This document shows, piece by piece, positions 17,901 to 31,100 of a stretch of 64,000 nucleotides of DNA (position 1 is the stretch's first letter; each line of letters begins with the position of its first letter). The stretch covers positions 1 through 64,000 of the forward strand of contig JYFJ02001639.1 in NCBI GenBank assembly GCA_000934665.2, in the 5' to 3' direction. Both the position numbers and the translations under genes were made by a program. The notes below the pieces were generated by a model. The model saw only the letters and a program-made list of their open reading frames with translations. It was not told where the DNA came from and searched no databases. The DNA comes from Catajapyx aquilonaris. Taxonomy: Eukaryota.

Positions 17901-18303
17901 GTTTCTTCAGATGCTTCTGGTCCTGTTGGCTGCCATGGTGGTGATGGTCCAATGTGGTGGAAAGACTGAGTACAAGTATGGCTTCAAGATCCATGGAAAG
18001 CACGGGTCCTCACAAGTGGAGGCTCATGGAAACGACCACGATTGGAGCTTCAATGTGAACAACCATCACAAGGATGGTGTCAGCTACATCAAGCAGAGTG
18101 GAAGCAACCACCATGGAGGAGGAGGATTCGGTGGTGGTGGTGCAGGAGGAATCGGTGGTGGTGGTGGTGGTGCAGGAGGATTCGGCGGATTCGGCGGAGG
18201 ATTCGGCGGGTTTTAACTTATTACCAAAGTGATGAAAAATAAATAGACAATTAAAACTGACCTCATCTTTTGCTTCACCTTCGTTGCCTTCCTCTGGGTC
18301 CAT
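8999..18303 (-). CDS. CFAP44: Cilia- and flagella-associated protein 44 (WDR52): WD40 repeats plus long C-terminal coiled coil
   Basis: About 20 exons. First exon 18303-18262 ([14 protein letters not shown]|gtcagt), acidic exon 17018-16441, then [98 protein letters not shown] and [11 protein letters not shown]. Last exon 9386-8999. The junctions checked are in frame. Confidence 0.95.
16345..16440 (-). other. U12-type (minor spliceosome) GT-AG intron in CFAP44
   Basis: 5' splice site GTATCCTTT, branch-site-like TTCCTTAC about 15 nt before the AG, no polypyrimidine tract. The phase-2 junction restores VLVFY-YSFGYEC. Confidence 0.75.
17762..17800 (+). promoter_or_regulatory. TATA box plus arthropod-type initiator of the nested peptide gene
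   Basis: TATAAAA 17762-17768 and TCAGTC 17795-17800 at canonical spacing, just upstream of ATG 17832. Confidence 0.75.
17832..18216 (+). CDS. Small secreted His/Gly-rich protein (105 aa), nested antisense in CFAP44 intron 1
   Basis: Exon 1 17832-17843 (MEFK|gtaagt) and exon 2 17911-18216. Signal peptide [19 protein letters not shown], a His-rich middle (8 His) and a GGF/GGG-rich tail. TATAAAA at 17762, Inr TCAGTC at 17795 and AATAAA at 18238. Confidence 0.88.
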
Positions 18304-18406
18304 GTTTTTTTTGGGTTGTGTCTTAACTTGAAGTATATGGGCCTGAATCTACGTATTACATGTGACCGGTCGATTTCTCCTCAGGATGTCAACAATTTTG
18401 CAGGTC

Positions 18407-18421
18407 GTCGTCAATGGATAC
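18407..18421 (-). promoter_or_regulatory. Candidate RFX X-box upstream of CFAP44
   Basis: GTATCCATTGACGAC (minus strand), an imperfect palindrome resembling GTTGCCATGGCAAC, about 105 bp upstream of the ATG of a ciliary gene. Confidence 0.4.
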
Positions 18422-18484
18422 CAGTTTACAGAGGGCGGGGTGGTTCCATATTAGAGCTGATTTTTTTTTTGCGATTTCAGGCTG

Positions 18485-19260
18485 AAAAATACGCAAAATG
18501 CACATTTTTGCACAAAATACAACAAATGCACGTTTTGAACAAAACATTGAAACAAAATATATATGGTACAATTTGCACAAAATGTGAATATACACATTTC
18601 GCACGAAATATAACAATATGAGTACATTTCGCACAAAATAAGAAAAAAAAAAATCAGTTTACACAAAATATAAGAAAAATTCAGTTCGCACAAAATATAA
18701 AAATATACATTTTGCACAAAATACAACAAATGCACATTTTGCACAAAAATGTAAAAGTATAGCCTACACATTTTGCACAAAATATTTTTTTAAATACTCA
18801 TTTTGTACTAATACAAAATAATGATCTTCGTTTTGCACAAGATACAAAATTACGCATTTTGCACCAAATACAAACGATAGCCTACTCGTTTTGCACAAAA
18901 TACCCCCCAAATGCACATTTTGTACTAAATACATGAACGATACTAGTTTTGCACAAAATACCCCTAAAAGGCACATTTTGTAGGCTACTAAATACAAAAG
19001 TTACTCGTTTTGCACAAAATACAAAAAATGTATACATTTGGGACAAAATATATATTTTTTTAAATACTTATTTTGTACTACATGCAAAAGATATTCGTTT
19101 TGCACAAAGATACAAAATTACGCATTTTGCACAAAATATAAAAATATACATTTTCGCAAAATATTAAGATATCCCATTTGCAGAAACAGTTTTGCTCATT
19201 GTGCAAAATATAACCATTTTGTGCAAAATACGACACACACATTTTGCAATTTTTGTTTTG
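18485..19260. repeat. Degenerate AT-rich tandem repeat with core TTTTGCACAAAAT
   Basis: Many irregularly spaced tt(t/c)gcacaaaat cores. The last copies (about 19198-19230) are inverted (ttgtgcaaaat). Confidence 0.8.
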
Positions 19261-20325
19261 CTTTTTTGTTTTTTTGTTTGGAAAATACGCGTTTGGTCAG
19301 TGACGTCAACTTCATGAATTTCTTTGCTATCTATACTCATAGCGACGTACAGAGTGTTTACCACGTGAGGCAGGATATGACATGGGGCGTACATTTGGCT
19401 AATTGCATCAACTGCTCTTTAAGTGCATCCGTTTGGAATAAGTCAACAAAATTCTTTCTCCAAGAATAATGGCCATAATTCATTGCATTCCCACTCCCCC
19501 CCCCCTCCCCCGGCGACGGCTCATTAAAATGGTTTTTCCTTCAAGAAACGGCTATGCACGCAATGGTCATTGTCACAAATAAACATTTTATATTCCCCCA
19601 ATTATTACAGTACGCAAGGTGATTAAAATGAAGCTGAATGTACAGAGGGTAAGTTCCCACGAGGTTGTCAGAATTATTATTAGCTACAAAAATCCAATAA
19701 CAGATTAGCATAATTACTGTAAGGTCGATCTGAATATGCTGAAGTTGTTTCCATGCATTCATTTCTTACCTATAAAAACGTAATCGTAAAATTTATTTAT
19801 TTATTACTATGCGGCCATAAAAATTTGCACCGAACAAGTCAAGGACTTGCAGGCGACCAAAAAAAAAACGTCAATACGTCTCTCTCTATCATTATTCGCA
19901 ACAACGCATTTGGCATAATCATAATTTTTTTTTGTAGTGGCTCATGCATCCGATTCGCAATTATTACGCAATACATTTGTACATAAAAAAAGTGTTCATA
20001 ACAAAATTTCTGCTTCTGAGTGCACCTCTACCGAATCCGGCAGAGAGAGAGAAGCGCGGTCAGATTGAACGCGGCCTCCTGAGTGCACATGCACTTGGAT
20101 CGTGAAACTAGGACGTCCAACAAACCAAAATGAAAAAAAAAATCGCAACACTACAGTAAAAAAAAACCTACTGCGCTTTTTCCTTGCCTCAATAAAAAAA
20201 TACGCGTAAAAAAATTTGGCAGTTTATCTCCCTCCATTTGAAACTTGGGGACATATTTTTTGAATAATTGCTCTATGAAATATTTTATTGAAAACTGTTA
20301 TGAGCAAATCGATGATTAATATGTA

Positions 20326-20439
20326 CAGGGTGACTCGTCTGGACACACAGGCAATAATATTTATATTGTTGGTTGCCAGCTGGGCAATAATATATTGTCA
20401 ACCTACAATATAATATTAAAGACTTTACGAGTCACCCTG
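20326..20439. mobile_element. Short Tc1/mariner-type MITE
   Basis: TIRs cagggtgactcgt ... acgagtcaccctg with TA on both flanks. Confidence 0.65.
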
Positions 20440-21197
20440 TACATTTGAATCCGGATATAACAGACTTCACGGGAGCCCCGCAAAAAGTATGTTATAACCG
20501 AGTATGTTACATCCGGATTCAATATTTACAATTAATTATTTCGAAGCATTCCGCCATACGTCTCTCTATAATTATTCGCAACAACACATTTGGCATAATC
20601 AGAATTTTCGCTGTGGCTAATGCATCCAACAGTCATATTTATAATAAAAAAATTAATTCATAAGTGGGTGTGACCATTTTGGGCAACCTGCAGAAGCAAC
20701 AATCAGACCTTGAAGCTTATAATTTTAAATTAATATTTTGTACAGTACGACCTAATTTAACCAATACAAATTCTGGTAGCTAATGTTTTTTTTTTTTGCG
20801 AAAAATATTTTTGCGAAACGTCTCATTGCATCATATCTATGCCACATCCTCCCCCTTTTTGGAGTGTCCCACCACGTGAGTGACCACAGAGTCAGCTGTT
20901 GGAGAAAGGAAGAGTGTATGAGTAACCCCCCCTTCACTTTGTACCGCCTACATAATGTGCAGCATGTATAGTTCGCAGGTGTTGGCATTAGCTTTTGTTG
21001 AATCTCATGGTGTCCTTGGAAGCAGCTGAGAGGAAACCAGACGAGTCCCGGCACTAGGGCTATTGATCCTGGTGCTCCGGGTGCAACACCAGGCCTGCCA
21101 ACATCACCTGACGAAAACAAATCCAGTTCCGCATTCCCTACGATTGATATCAAATATACATTGGGTTTCATCCTGAGGGATAGGTCAGGAAAATAAG

Positions 21198-21315
21198 GCA
21201 ATCATAATTATGTGCAAAAGACATTCATATAATTATGTCCAGGAGACAATCATAATGATATGCAAAAGACAATCATTATAATGTCCAGAAGACATCAATC
21301 ATAATGATATGCATA
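21198..21315. repeat. Degenerate ~24-bp minisatellite
   Basis: Recurring agacaatcataatgatatgcaaa-like units. Confidence 0.6.
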
Positions 21316-21543
21316 ATCTTACACATTACATAATTATATAAATCAAAAAGTTGGTATGTATGTATATCCGGGCTACCTAACCCACTTTCTGAACACTGAG
21401 AGTACTGAAACTTGGCACACTGACGTATTACGTGCCGCTTATTCCGGAGTCTTATCCAAAATTTTGATATTTTTTTTGTTTCAAAAAAAACAAAACACGT
21501 TTCATCTCATGTGGCACAATAGTAATTTTTCCCCCTGTTTTAC

Positions 21544-21722
21544 GGGCACACTTCGGATATAGTAGACCAGATACCCACAGCTAGATGATCCCTGACGTTA
21601 TTTTTAACGACTTTTAATGTCAATTTCACGTCAAACTGTACACTTATTAACGTGAAATTGACGTTAAAAGTCGTTAAATCATCTGGTGTGAGACTCTGGT
21701 CTACTATATCCGAAGTGTGTCC
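21544..21722. mobile_element. Palindromic (foldback) MITE-like element
   Basis: Outer arms cacacttcggatatagtagaccaga ... tctggtctactatatccgaagtgtg, plus inner arms tttaacgacttttaatgtcaatttcacgt / acgtgaaattgacgttaaaagtcgttaaa. Confidence 0.7.
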
Positions 21723-23764
21723 AAAAAAAAAAAGGTCTACTACATCCAGACTGTGCCCGCGAAAACGAAATAATCATACTACTCACAATTGTTTTATTTG
21801 TCAATCACGGTGCGAAGAACGGGTCCCCTGCTAGTACAATAATAATTGCTGGTAGATAATTTAATTTTAATCATTTTTGCTGATGACATTCAGATTAACT
21901 TTTTTTTGCAGCATAGTTGCCAACATTACGACACTATTCTTTCCCCTTTGTCTTTTCCAGTGCAGTAGTCCTTGGGAAAATTCCTCGATATGGACACAAC
22001 TGGAAAGGTTGGCAGCCCTAAGTACGTTTGCACTCAGGTTGTACCGAACGGCCCTTCCTTCCAAAAACCCCTCCCACTTTCCTCCCCCTCTCTCCCCTCC
22101 CCCTCTTCTCCTCACCCCACACGCTGCGTCATGCGCTCGGGAACACCAAAAAGGCCCAAATTCGCAACTCACAGCATTCAACCCAAGTCCTTACTATAGG
22201 GGGGGACTCTCAAAAATTGGACTCTTCTTGGTTGGCTCTGCGGGTCTTTTTTTCTCTCCTTCAAACTCCCCCCCCCCCCCCCCTCCCTATCCCCTTCTAT
22301 CCCTCAGGACTACCTCCTTCACATCTACAGTTTTGGACTAGAACTGGACTATATTGGATCACAGCTGATTCTCTCAGGTAAGTCAATAAATGTCACTAAT
22401 ATTGAAATGACAACAATGTCAATGGCACAAATAGACCTTTTTGGTACACCCTGTAGTTAGTGTGGCTTTCTATTTTTAGTGTCACCAGCTGTTTTTTTGT
22501 TAGTGACGTCATATGTACTAATATGGATTGGTTTTTCTTCTTTTTGTTAGGATGACGTCTCGAAGATTTCGATGTTCAAGACAGCGGGTGTACATCTCGG
22601 TGCATTGAGGTATGTACAAAGTAACGGTACTTACTGTTAGTACTTGGTGTGACAAGTGACAGTTCGGCTTTCCCGCGCGCTGATTTTCTCTAAGCGAAAT
22701 TGCGTCCTTGAAAAGCACAAAGGGAACAACTGGGGTGTTATTTTGCAAAGTTGCTCGAAGGTTCTCTTTATAATGGGCAGTCTTGCGAAAAATTATTCGC
22801 AACAATAAAATGTATGGAGAAAAAAATGCAAATGTGCAGCAAGACACTTGGCATTGCAGTATTATCTAGTCGCACTTTTTTGGTGCAATGGCAGTCATGT
22901 GTACAGATGATAAGAGATTTAATAGTATGTAATGAGGAGATTAAATTATCGCGTGTTTTCACAAATTGCAGTGATTTACAATGCGCACGCGTATGTAAAC
23001 TATTTGCCAGGATTGTTATCGATGTCGTAGCATGTTAACGAAAATGTCACAAATTTTAATAATAAATTCACTCAGATAATCCCTTAATGATTTTAACAGC
23101 TCGCACCGAGTTTTTAATAACTATTTTAACCAGCTGAATTTTTTAAAAAACCTGCTGATTCAATACTTCGAATGTTTGTGCAATTTGTCAGGTCGATTTT
23201 GAGTAAAACGTGCACTTAAATCGATCGACAAATTGTGTTTATTTGAAGACCCATTTTCAATATTAAGGCTGGTATAAAACCATACTGAATATAATTTTAG
23301 AGAACAAATTGGCACAAAAATATTCATCGACGAATTGGCGAATAACAAAAATGGTTAAATTAATTCATACGCACAAAGGGCACATGTTCTGTAATTGATT
23401 TAACAAACTGGCTCCTGTACTGTACAGCATACTTGCACATTCATATTTACAATTTTCAAAGAATATTAGCTCTTGTAGGGGCCACCACTGATGGTAATGT
23501 AATACCAGCCTGTAACAATGCAAAGTGATGAGAAGGTCAGTTTTCCCACAAAGTGGACCATGCTATCTCTCTAATAAGCACATTCACAGAATTTTACACC
23601 GATTTATGCCACACTCTGTACATCCTTCCAGACGCCATAAACCTCGCAAAAAAAACGTTGGATCATGCCACGTTACCACACAGTTATACAATATCAGTGC
23701 AAAATTCATTGTCAGCCTTAATCGCCGTTAAATAAAATGTCACACTTAAATATTAACTCACATA

Positions 23765-23834
23765 GTCCCCCTAAAGGGGCTCTGCCCCAACAATGGGGTT
23801 ACTTAAATAAAAAATCAATCAATACAATAAAAAA
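23765..23834 (+). mobile_element. 5'-truncated retroposon (LINE/SINE 3' end) with target-site duplication
   Basis: 70-bp insert with two small GC hairpins and an A-rich tail, between exact 18-bp direct repeats taaatattaactcacata (23747-23764 and 23835-23852). Confidence 0.7.
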
Positions 23835-23852
23835 TAAATATTAACTCACATA

Positions 23853-24064
23853 TGCGTTCAAATGTCACTTATACGAGTAAGCACTAAACTTCAAGATATA
23901 GGCTACCCGATTTATTTCTTAAATCGGTTAAAACATTTTAAATGAATAACAAACACAGTCCTACATGTAGGACACTAGTACGAATTCTGTGTATTAATTT
24001 TTTAAAATATAGAAATAAATCGGGCATATCTTGAAGATTAGTGCTTAAGTGACATTTAAACGCA
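23853..24064. mobile_element. MITE-like inverted-repeat element
   Basis: Left arm aaatgtcactta..taagcactaaacttcaagatat..cccgatttatttct pairs with right arm agaaataaatcggg.atatcttgaagattagtgcttaagtgacattt. Confidence 0.6.
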
Positions 24065-25111
24065 GCGATTCAGCATTCAATCGAAAATATGACCACTTAA
24101 ACTCAAATCGCACAGGGGAAAAAAAGTCGTAGGCGGACTTGGCGTGGGGTGTGAATTGTACCCCTGCCAAAAAAAAAAGTGATATAGGAAGTCGAAATGA
24201 TCGAAAAATCGATGGCCTGTTACGAAATAAAAAGGATCCGCTGATTGGCCCCCTCTTCTTCACATACCCCCCCAAAAAATAACCCCCCGGATCTGAATGG
24301 GACAATTTTGTCAACCCCCCCTCCATTTACGAGACGCGGAAATAAATCGTTGGAATGACGAAAAAACGTACAAGCCATTTAGGACGTGCCAAGACGTCTC
24401 AAAGTTAATGCGATCTTAAGCTATTTTTCCGAGAGCGTATGACGTCGCAGGGATGGCACCAAGCAGAGGTCACCCCCCTATTGTTCAGGCGAGAGGTCAC
24501 CATTTGAATACAGGTTCAAAATTCAGAAATAACCCCCCGCACGTGCTTCTGTAAAATGTTGGCTAATACTGATGTGATGGATTAGTCGCTCCAGGACGTG
24601 ACAGGAGAGAACAATTCATCATTTATTTAATTTATTTGAATTAATTTGTTTGTCCACCACTTCGGTGCCCTCTCCAGCCTTTATATTACTATTGAAGTTG
24701 TTGGGCAGTATGCCACCCTGTATGATCTGCAATGCACGCACTTTGGCGTGATACACGCAAAAGGTGTACATACATGATGTATGTGCAAACGAAAAGAATT
24801 GATTGTTCGTCCCAGCAACTGGTTTGAAATGCAAATAAACTCGGGGGTACATTGATCGAGCAATTATTTCAGCACATGAAATGCTAATGATGTCACTTTA
24901 TCACATTCCTATGATGATGATGATGTGTGCATATCACATAGCGATGAGTGCGTGTATACACTCATGCCGATTAGCTCATATATTTTTTTCTTTCTTTCCT
25001 AATTACAGAGCCCAGTACAACTCAAGAGGACCTCAGGTTGCCCGTCTCATATATAGACTTCATCTGTAGATTTTTGAAGAAGAAAAAAAAAACCACTGCC
25101 AATTTTTAGCA

Positions 25112-28100
25112 ATGGCGGAAATTCTCTCCGTGCAGATTCACAGGGGAAGCCCGCTCAACATGCCGCAGGTAAGCATTAATATTAATAAGTCTGGTTCACA
25201 CGGGTGTCGTTGTAGTTATAGCATCAGAAACCTAATCAGACATATCCTGAGAGTTAGACTTCATATCAATACATGTTGTACATAACTGTTAGGATAAACA
25301 GACTTTTGAAGGTGACATAACGTGCATGCTTTTTTTATATAAAAAAATTGTGCAGTGCCACGCCCCATATCGACCGACATTTTAATATTTCAACAATAAA
25401 TGAATAAATCATGGACTTAACCCGCCCCTTTTCCTGACGTCCCAAAATTTAATATGCCCTTTTCTGTTCAGTATAAAGTGTAATTAGTCTGCACACACAA
25501 CATATTTCATGTGTGCATGAATTGTTCACTATTGCAACCAGTTCAGAGAACAGCAATACAATAGTAGTTGGGAGTCAATAATTCACCATTTATTTCAAAG
25601 GACTGCCTAAAAGCCTATAAAAATAATTATAATTCTGAAAACAATGTTAATAAGTAACTGTAAATTATATTTTCTAATTGAAATTTCACATTCTAGGCAC
25701 ACTACACAGTGACTAGCGTGCAGGATGGTCCCAACAACGGAGGAGCTGTGATCAAGTGAGTAAAAACAATTATTACTTGTGACGTAGATGGTGTTTTTTT
25801 TTAAACATTAAGGATATGGCATGTGCAAAATCTGCGAGTTGTTTTTGATACCAAAGTTGGCAGACTGGTCTGCAAGGTGTTGTGATTGAAGGTCAAGTCT
25901 GCAGAAGGAAAGGAAAAAAAAAAAAACAGACCTTGGCATCGGTATAAAGTGATGCAATAAAAATTAAATAATAGACTTATCCTATAATTACATCTAAGGG
26001 CTACATTTCTTTAATACCATAGGAAGGTGAATTTTTGAAAAAAAAAATGATGTTGCTTAACTTCACAAAATCTGACACTCATGAAAAATGAAATTCATGA
26101 ACCACGAAGACTTCCTCCTACGCTTTATGTAAGCCGGCTCCTCCTGTAACATCTCAAGACACTCACAAAAACCCCGATACCTGAAACCAGTCGCGTCACA
26201 TGACGTTTAGACGTAGGCGGAACGTAAGAGGATAAAAATGTGGTAGAATTTCTGCCAGGTTTGCAGTTTTGCATTGAAGGTCAGTCCACCAGCAGCACTT
26301 GCTGTACAAGGAGGGTAAGTGAAACTGGACAAAATGTCTTTGTGAACGAAACTCGCGGTTTATTTTGTCGGTAAAAGTGTCAACAGTTATTGGTGGACAT
26401 TGTGTATCAACGTCCAGTTGGAAATCATTGCATCTGTTTATTATAGATAAAAAGGTCCAGAGATTACCGCCAGTACAGAGCAGTTTGTGTCCAGTTTAGA
26501 GAGCGACGTCTTCTTAAGTGGTGGTTTTACTAGCTGTGCCTGTTTTTTTTTTTTTGGTCAGGAAAAAACGAGTTTGTCGAATAGTGTTGCGAAGTCTCAA
26601 ACCAAATCGTGCGTGTAATAACCTCTACCCAAAAATGTAGTTGACGATATTAGTAACTTAGCTTATAATTTTTAACCAGTAACTTTTCAGAGTTGAATCC
26701 ATTTTGGTTCACTAACCAATATCAATAGTTGATTTTTTTGTTTAAATTACAACTTTAAGGCCCACTCTCACAGTGCTTTACAATAGACGTCTATAATTAG
26801 CATTAATATTCATTGAATTAAAATACAGCTTACACTTTCTCATTTCGCGATACCATGACATTTTGCTGACTGGCGAAATCGCTGAACTTCGTGAAATGCC
26901 AGCACTTTCAATATTGGTGTTGCACGTACCTGTCACTGCAACATACATTCATTAAGCAAACGCCACTTAGGCTATCATATGTACGTTCATTTCCGGCCCA
27001 AACTTTGCATAACTCAATGGTTGAATTCAGCATAAGTTACACTATAATAGTTACATAGGTTGCACGTGCTATTAGCCAAGATTATCCTCTGATATATTTT
27101 TATTTATAGTGGTTATAAATAAGGTCACTGGCAGCTATCACATGGCGATAGGAGCTCCCTATGAACACGGTTAGCACCTTAATTCGATAGGACTTCGTGT
27201 CCAGGGGCCGTTCAGAGGGGTGGGAGAGGCCTTATATATTGATTGCCTTGGAAAATGCCTGGGCCACATGACCAATGCGGATATTTTTTGGCTTACTTTT
27301 AGGACCTTCCCCCCCCCCCCCTCCCCCGGAAATAATAAGCTCAACGAACTCTAGCACACGAAACTTGAGGTAATCCGTGATATAAGTGAGGATCGATTAA
27401 GTGCAAGTACCACGTGAGGTCTCAGCACAAAGTACTGATTGGTACCAGATTTTTTTTTTTTTTTTTTAAATCAGCCAGTACTAATTAACATCATTTAGAT
27501 GTCAATTAGTAAAACAATTTCTGTAGCATATAATGGAAATATGTTCAGTACATTTTTTTGTGTGTAGATAGGTGCACTTCAGACAATAAGCATATGGCCG
27601 ATGTATTGCTCGTGAAATACTGTCATTGACCCTTCGGTTGTACTGTGTACAGTACAGACAAGGTAAACGACATAAAATCGGTCGCATCTATATGTTGTTG
27701 ATTAGCTCGCACCAAGGGAAAGGTCAACGAAACGTGATGTTGTTATTACGCCACAGTTTACAGCTGACACCGATAGCTATTGAATCGTAGTTCGATGCAG
27801 TATAGTGCACAAATGATGTCATCTCGTACTTTCACCTGAACTTTCACTAGTATAGTTTCATTCGAGGTGTTCAGTTTTTTGATTTTTATGCTTCTTAATC
27901 ATTCTGCTCAACTGGCGGATGTTTGTCCGACCTGATAGTCTGAAGGTGGCAGGATGTGCCATCTATGCGCGACGAATAATACTACGTGGTAAATCGGCGG
28001 GCCATCTCATTAAAATCGTTTAAATTTGGGCAACGGGTTCTAGCTGCTAATAGGCGTTCACTGTGGGAAGGTTATAGTCATTATAGCCACTTCAACGTAC

Positions 28101-31100
28101 TGTAGGCTTATTCTGGGTACTTATAGGGTGAACATACCCCGTACAATGTCCCTCTAAATAACTTGACAATGTAGTGGTCTGACACTACAAATAATGCTCG
28201 GGGCCAACAGTGTGGACATGAAAGAAGGCGGAAAGATAAGGAGGGGCAGTGTGGTGGACGTGTGTTGTCCTTTGCCCTCTGCCCGATCCGGAGGAATGAC
28301 CTGCTGCTATACGGTCAGGCCTGTGACCAGAGGCACGTCTCTTCGTGGCGGTCGTAATTGGAAGGGGTAGGTTTCAGAGGCAGTGTTTATCAATATCTAC
28401 TCTCACCTGAAGATCATTGCCAATTGCTCCAGTGAATAGTACTCTTCAAGAAGAAGGATGGAGCCAATCAAGCTGGCTCAATAAAGCCCTTCCGGTTACT
28501 TAAAAGTGTCTGGTGTCAAACAAGTTGCGTAATGAGACATGTCAAATTACTGCTAATGCCTCGTAAAAAGTCTGTCAAGGATGAACAGTTTGAGATAAAC
28601 ACACTTTGCATGGTACTCAAACACTTAGGCTGTATTTGGGAGCTAAGGACTTGTGTCAACAATGCAATTGGTCACCTGCGTCACAGGGCTATTGTATATA
28701 CATATAAAAAATTCCTTGCTGGATATGATTTACGCAACTTCTCCTTATTACAAACAAACAATGTTCATGCTCCACATCCTTCAAATTCCTCTGCAACTTC
28801 TTCAAAGGTTGATGCCTCCATACTTTGGATTATCTGAGCCACTTCCTCTCCAGCAGTGTCGCCCTCCCACCAAAAAATCCTCAGGGTTTGTTGACCCAAA
28901 GTCAGTTCTTGTCCACTGGAACCTCTGAAGTGACCCAATAAGTGTCGCCCCCCAGTTCCCCATAGCTATATCCTCAACTCAGCTTCAAGGGCATTCAGTC
29001 AGTGTAGCTCAGAGAGTCATGATAGCAAGTTGTTCTGCTATAACCATGGCCAATTCCGCACAATTTGAGACCGATGGGCCTGACTTCTGGACATTGGAGT
29101 TCTCCGGTTGGAGGATCAGGAAAGAGATCGTTGCTGGGTGGGATATTCAGAGAGGAGATCACTGCTGGTCAGCTGGATGTCAATTTGGTGAGCACTAGTG
29201 ATCCACTATCCGCTCTTTTCTTCCCTACAGGAGCAAAGGGCTGGCCAAGAAGGTTCCAAACGACCCCAGGGCTGCTTTCACACACCCGAAGATGTTGAGC
29301 CATCTGCCCAAGAGGCCTCTGGTCGACATTGAGTTCAACTCACTCTCCTACTCTGTGCCTGAAGGCCGGAAAAAAGGTGAGTTCCACATTTTATCCCACA
29401 CTTTGTCACCAATTAAAAGTGATTGATGACTTATCCTTCTTTTTTAAAGGCTACAAAACCATACTGAAAGGTGTGAGTGGGCGCTTCCGTCCTGGCGAAC
29501 TGACTGCCATTATGGGGCCGTCCGGTTCAGGCAAGAGCACTTTGATGAACATTTTGGCTGGATACAGGTCAGTTCATGCTCTACCCCCCCCTTTTTATGG
29601 GTCAGAAATGTAATGTCTTTTTTTTTTTCCAACCAGGATATCCAGAGTGACTGGGAGCATAGGCATTAATGGGAAGGAAAGGAACCTGAGACGCTTTCGA
29701 AAGACATCCTGTTACATCATGCAGGATGATCAACTGCAACCGCACCTGACCGTTCTGGAGGCTATGACGGTGTCGGCTAACCTTAAGTTGGGCCAAAAAG
29801 TGACTTTAGCTGAGAAGCAGCTAGTGGTAAGTAATTGCCATGAGAAAAAAAAGGGGGGGCACTTAAATGAAAATTAATTGTGTAATAATCTGTAGTACCT
29901 AAGATGAAATTTTTAATGCTCTTGTAATGCTTCTTTGTTGCTAAAAAGCATCACAAAGAGCATCACATGGGAGACTCACCAGTGATGCTCTTTTAACTTT
30001 TTGTGGTTTACAAGTGTAGTAGTACATCTCAATGTGGATGTTATGCAAAAGTAAAGCTGTGTTTACATGTGAGCCACTTGATCAGTATGTCTTTGATGAG
30101 CGATGAATCCAATAATTGCATTCATCGCACATCAACGTCATCGCTGATCAAATTGCTCACAGGTAAACACTACTTTATTTTACTTTATTAATAAGTACAG
30201 TAGTAATATTAAGAGAACCTACTGCTGACATGTGAGAGCATTTGTCTCAATACTTTTAATTTTTCAGGTTCACAGTAACAGTCTTATTTTAGACAAAAAT
30301 AGTACATTTGTGCCCCCTGTGCTCATGTATGCTGCAGTAGTTGGTGATGTATGATCTTCTGATAGATACTGGACATCTTGGAGACTTTGGGACTGACTGA
30401 ATGTCAAAACACACGAACCTCTCTGCTATCTGGAGGGCAGCGGAAGCGACTGTCCATAGCGCTGGAGCTAGTGAACAACCCGCCGGTCATGTTCTTCGAT
30501 GAGCCGACCAGCGGCTTGGACAGTTCGTCCTGCTTCCAGTGCATTACCCTGCTCAAGGCCCTGGCCACAGGTGGACGCACCATCATATGCACCATCCACC
30601 AGCCCAGCGCCAGGCTCTTTGAGAAGTTCGACAGACTCTTCATGCTTGCGGAGGGGCAGTGCATCTACCGGGGTGCCACCAGTGGGCTGGTGCCCTTCCT
30701 GGCTTCCATGGGGCTGGAGTGTCCTAGTTACCACAATCCTGCTGATTTTGGTGAGCGAACTGGCCTACTAAGTCAGAGTACTGCTGCTGGATGAAAGCAT
30801 GATAAAAGTAGCAACCCCAACCCGATTTACTTTTTGCATTACAGTAATAGAAGTAGCCTGTGGTGAATACGGTGAATATGTGCCAAAACTGGTGGTGGCA
30901 GTGAATAATGGCAAGTGCAATAACTGGAACCAGGACACAATCAAAACCATCACAATCTCAGATGTAGTTTTAAAAGAGGAGAACGCCGGTAAGCTTATTT
31001 CCCCTCAAGATGATTGATGATACGTCGTGACAGGACGGGGGTGAGTTACAATATATTTGACCCTTGCAGCCGTGAAGGGACAAAATGGTCAGCCGGGCCA

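Noticed and set aside
18316..19469. Several ORFs rich in F/C/K/Y
   Set aside because: Artefacts of the AT-rich TTTTGCACAAAAT repeat.
20752..21201. 149-aa minus-strand ORF with a GxPG collagen-like stretch
   Set aside because: Only a few Gly-Pro residues, no sustained Gly-X-Y pattern and no convincing splice or promoter context.
29046..29230. Possible alternative ABCG first exon (MSIW..., donor gtgagc at 29188)
   Set aside because: It would need a 43-nt intron, shorter than any other seen here, and has no other support.
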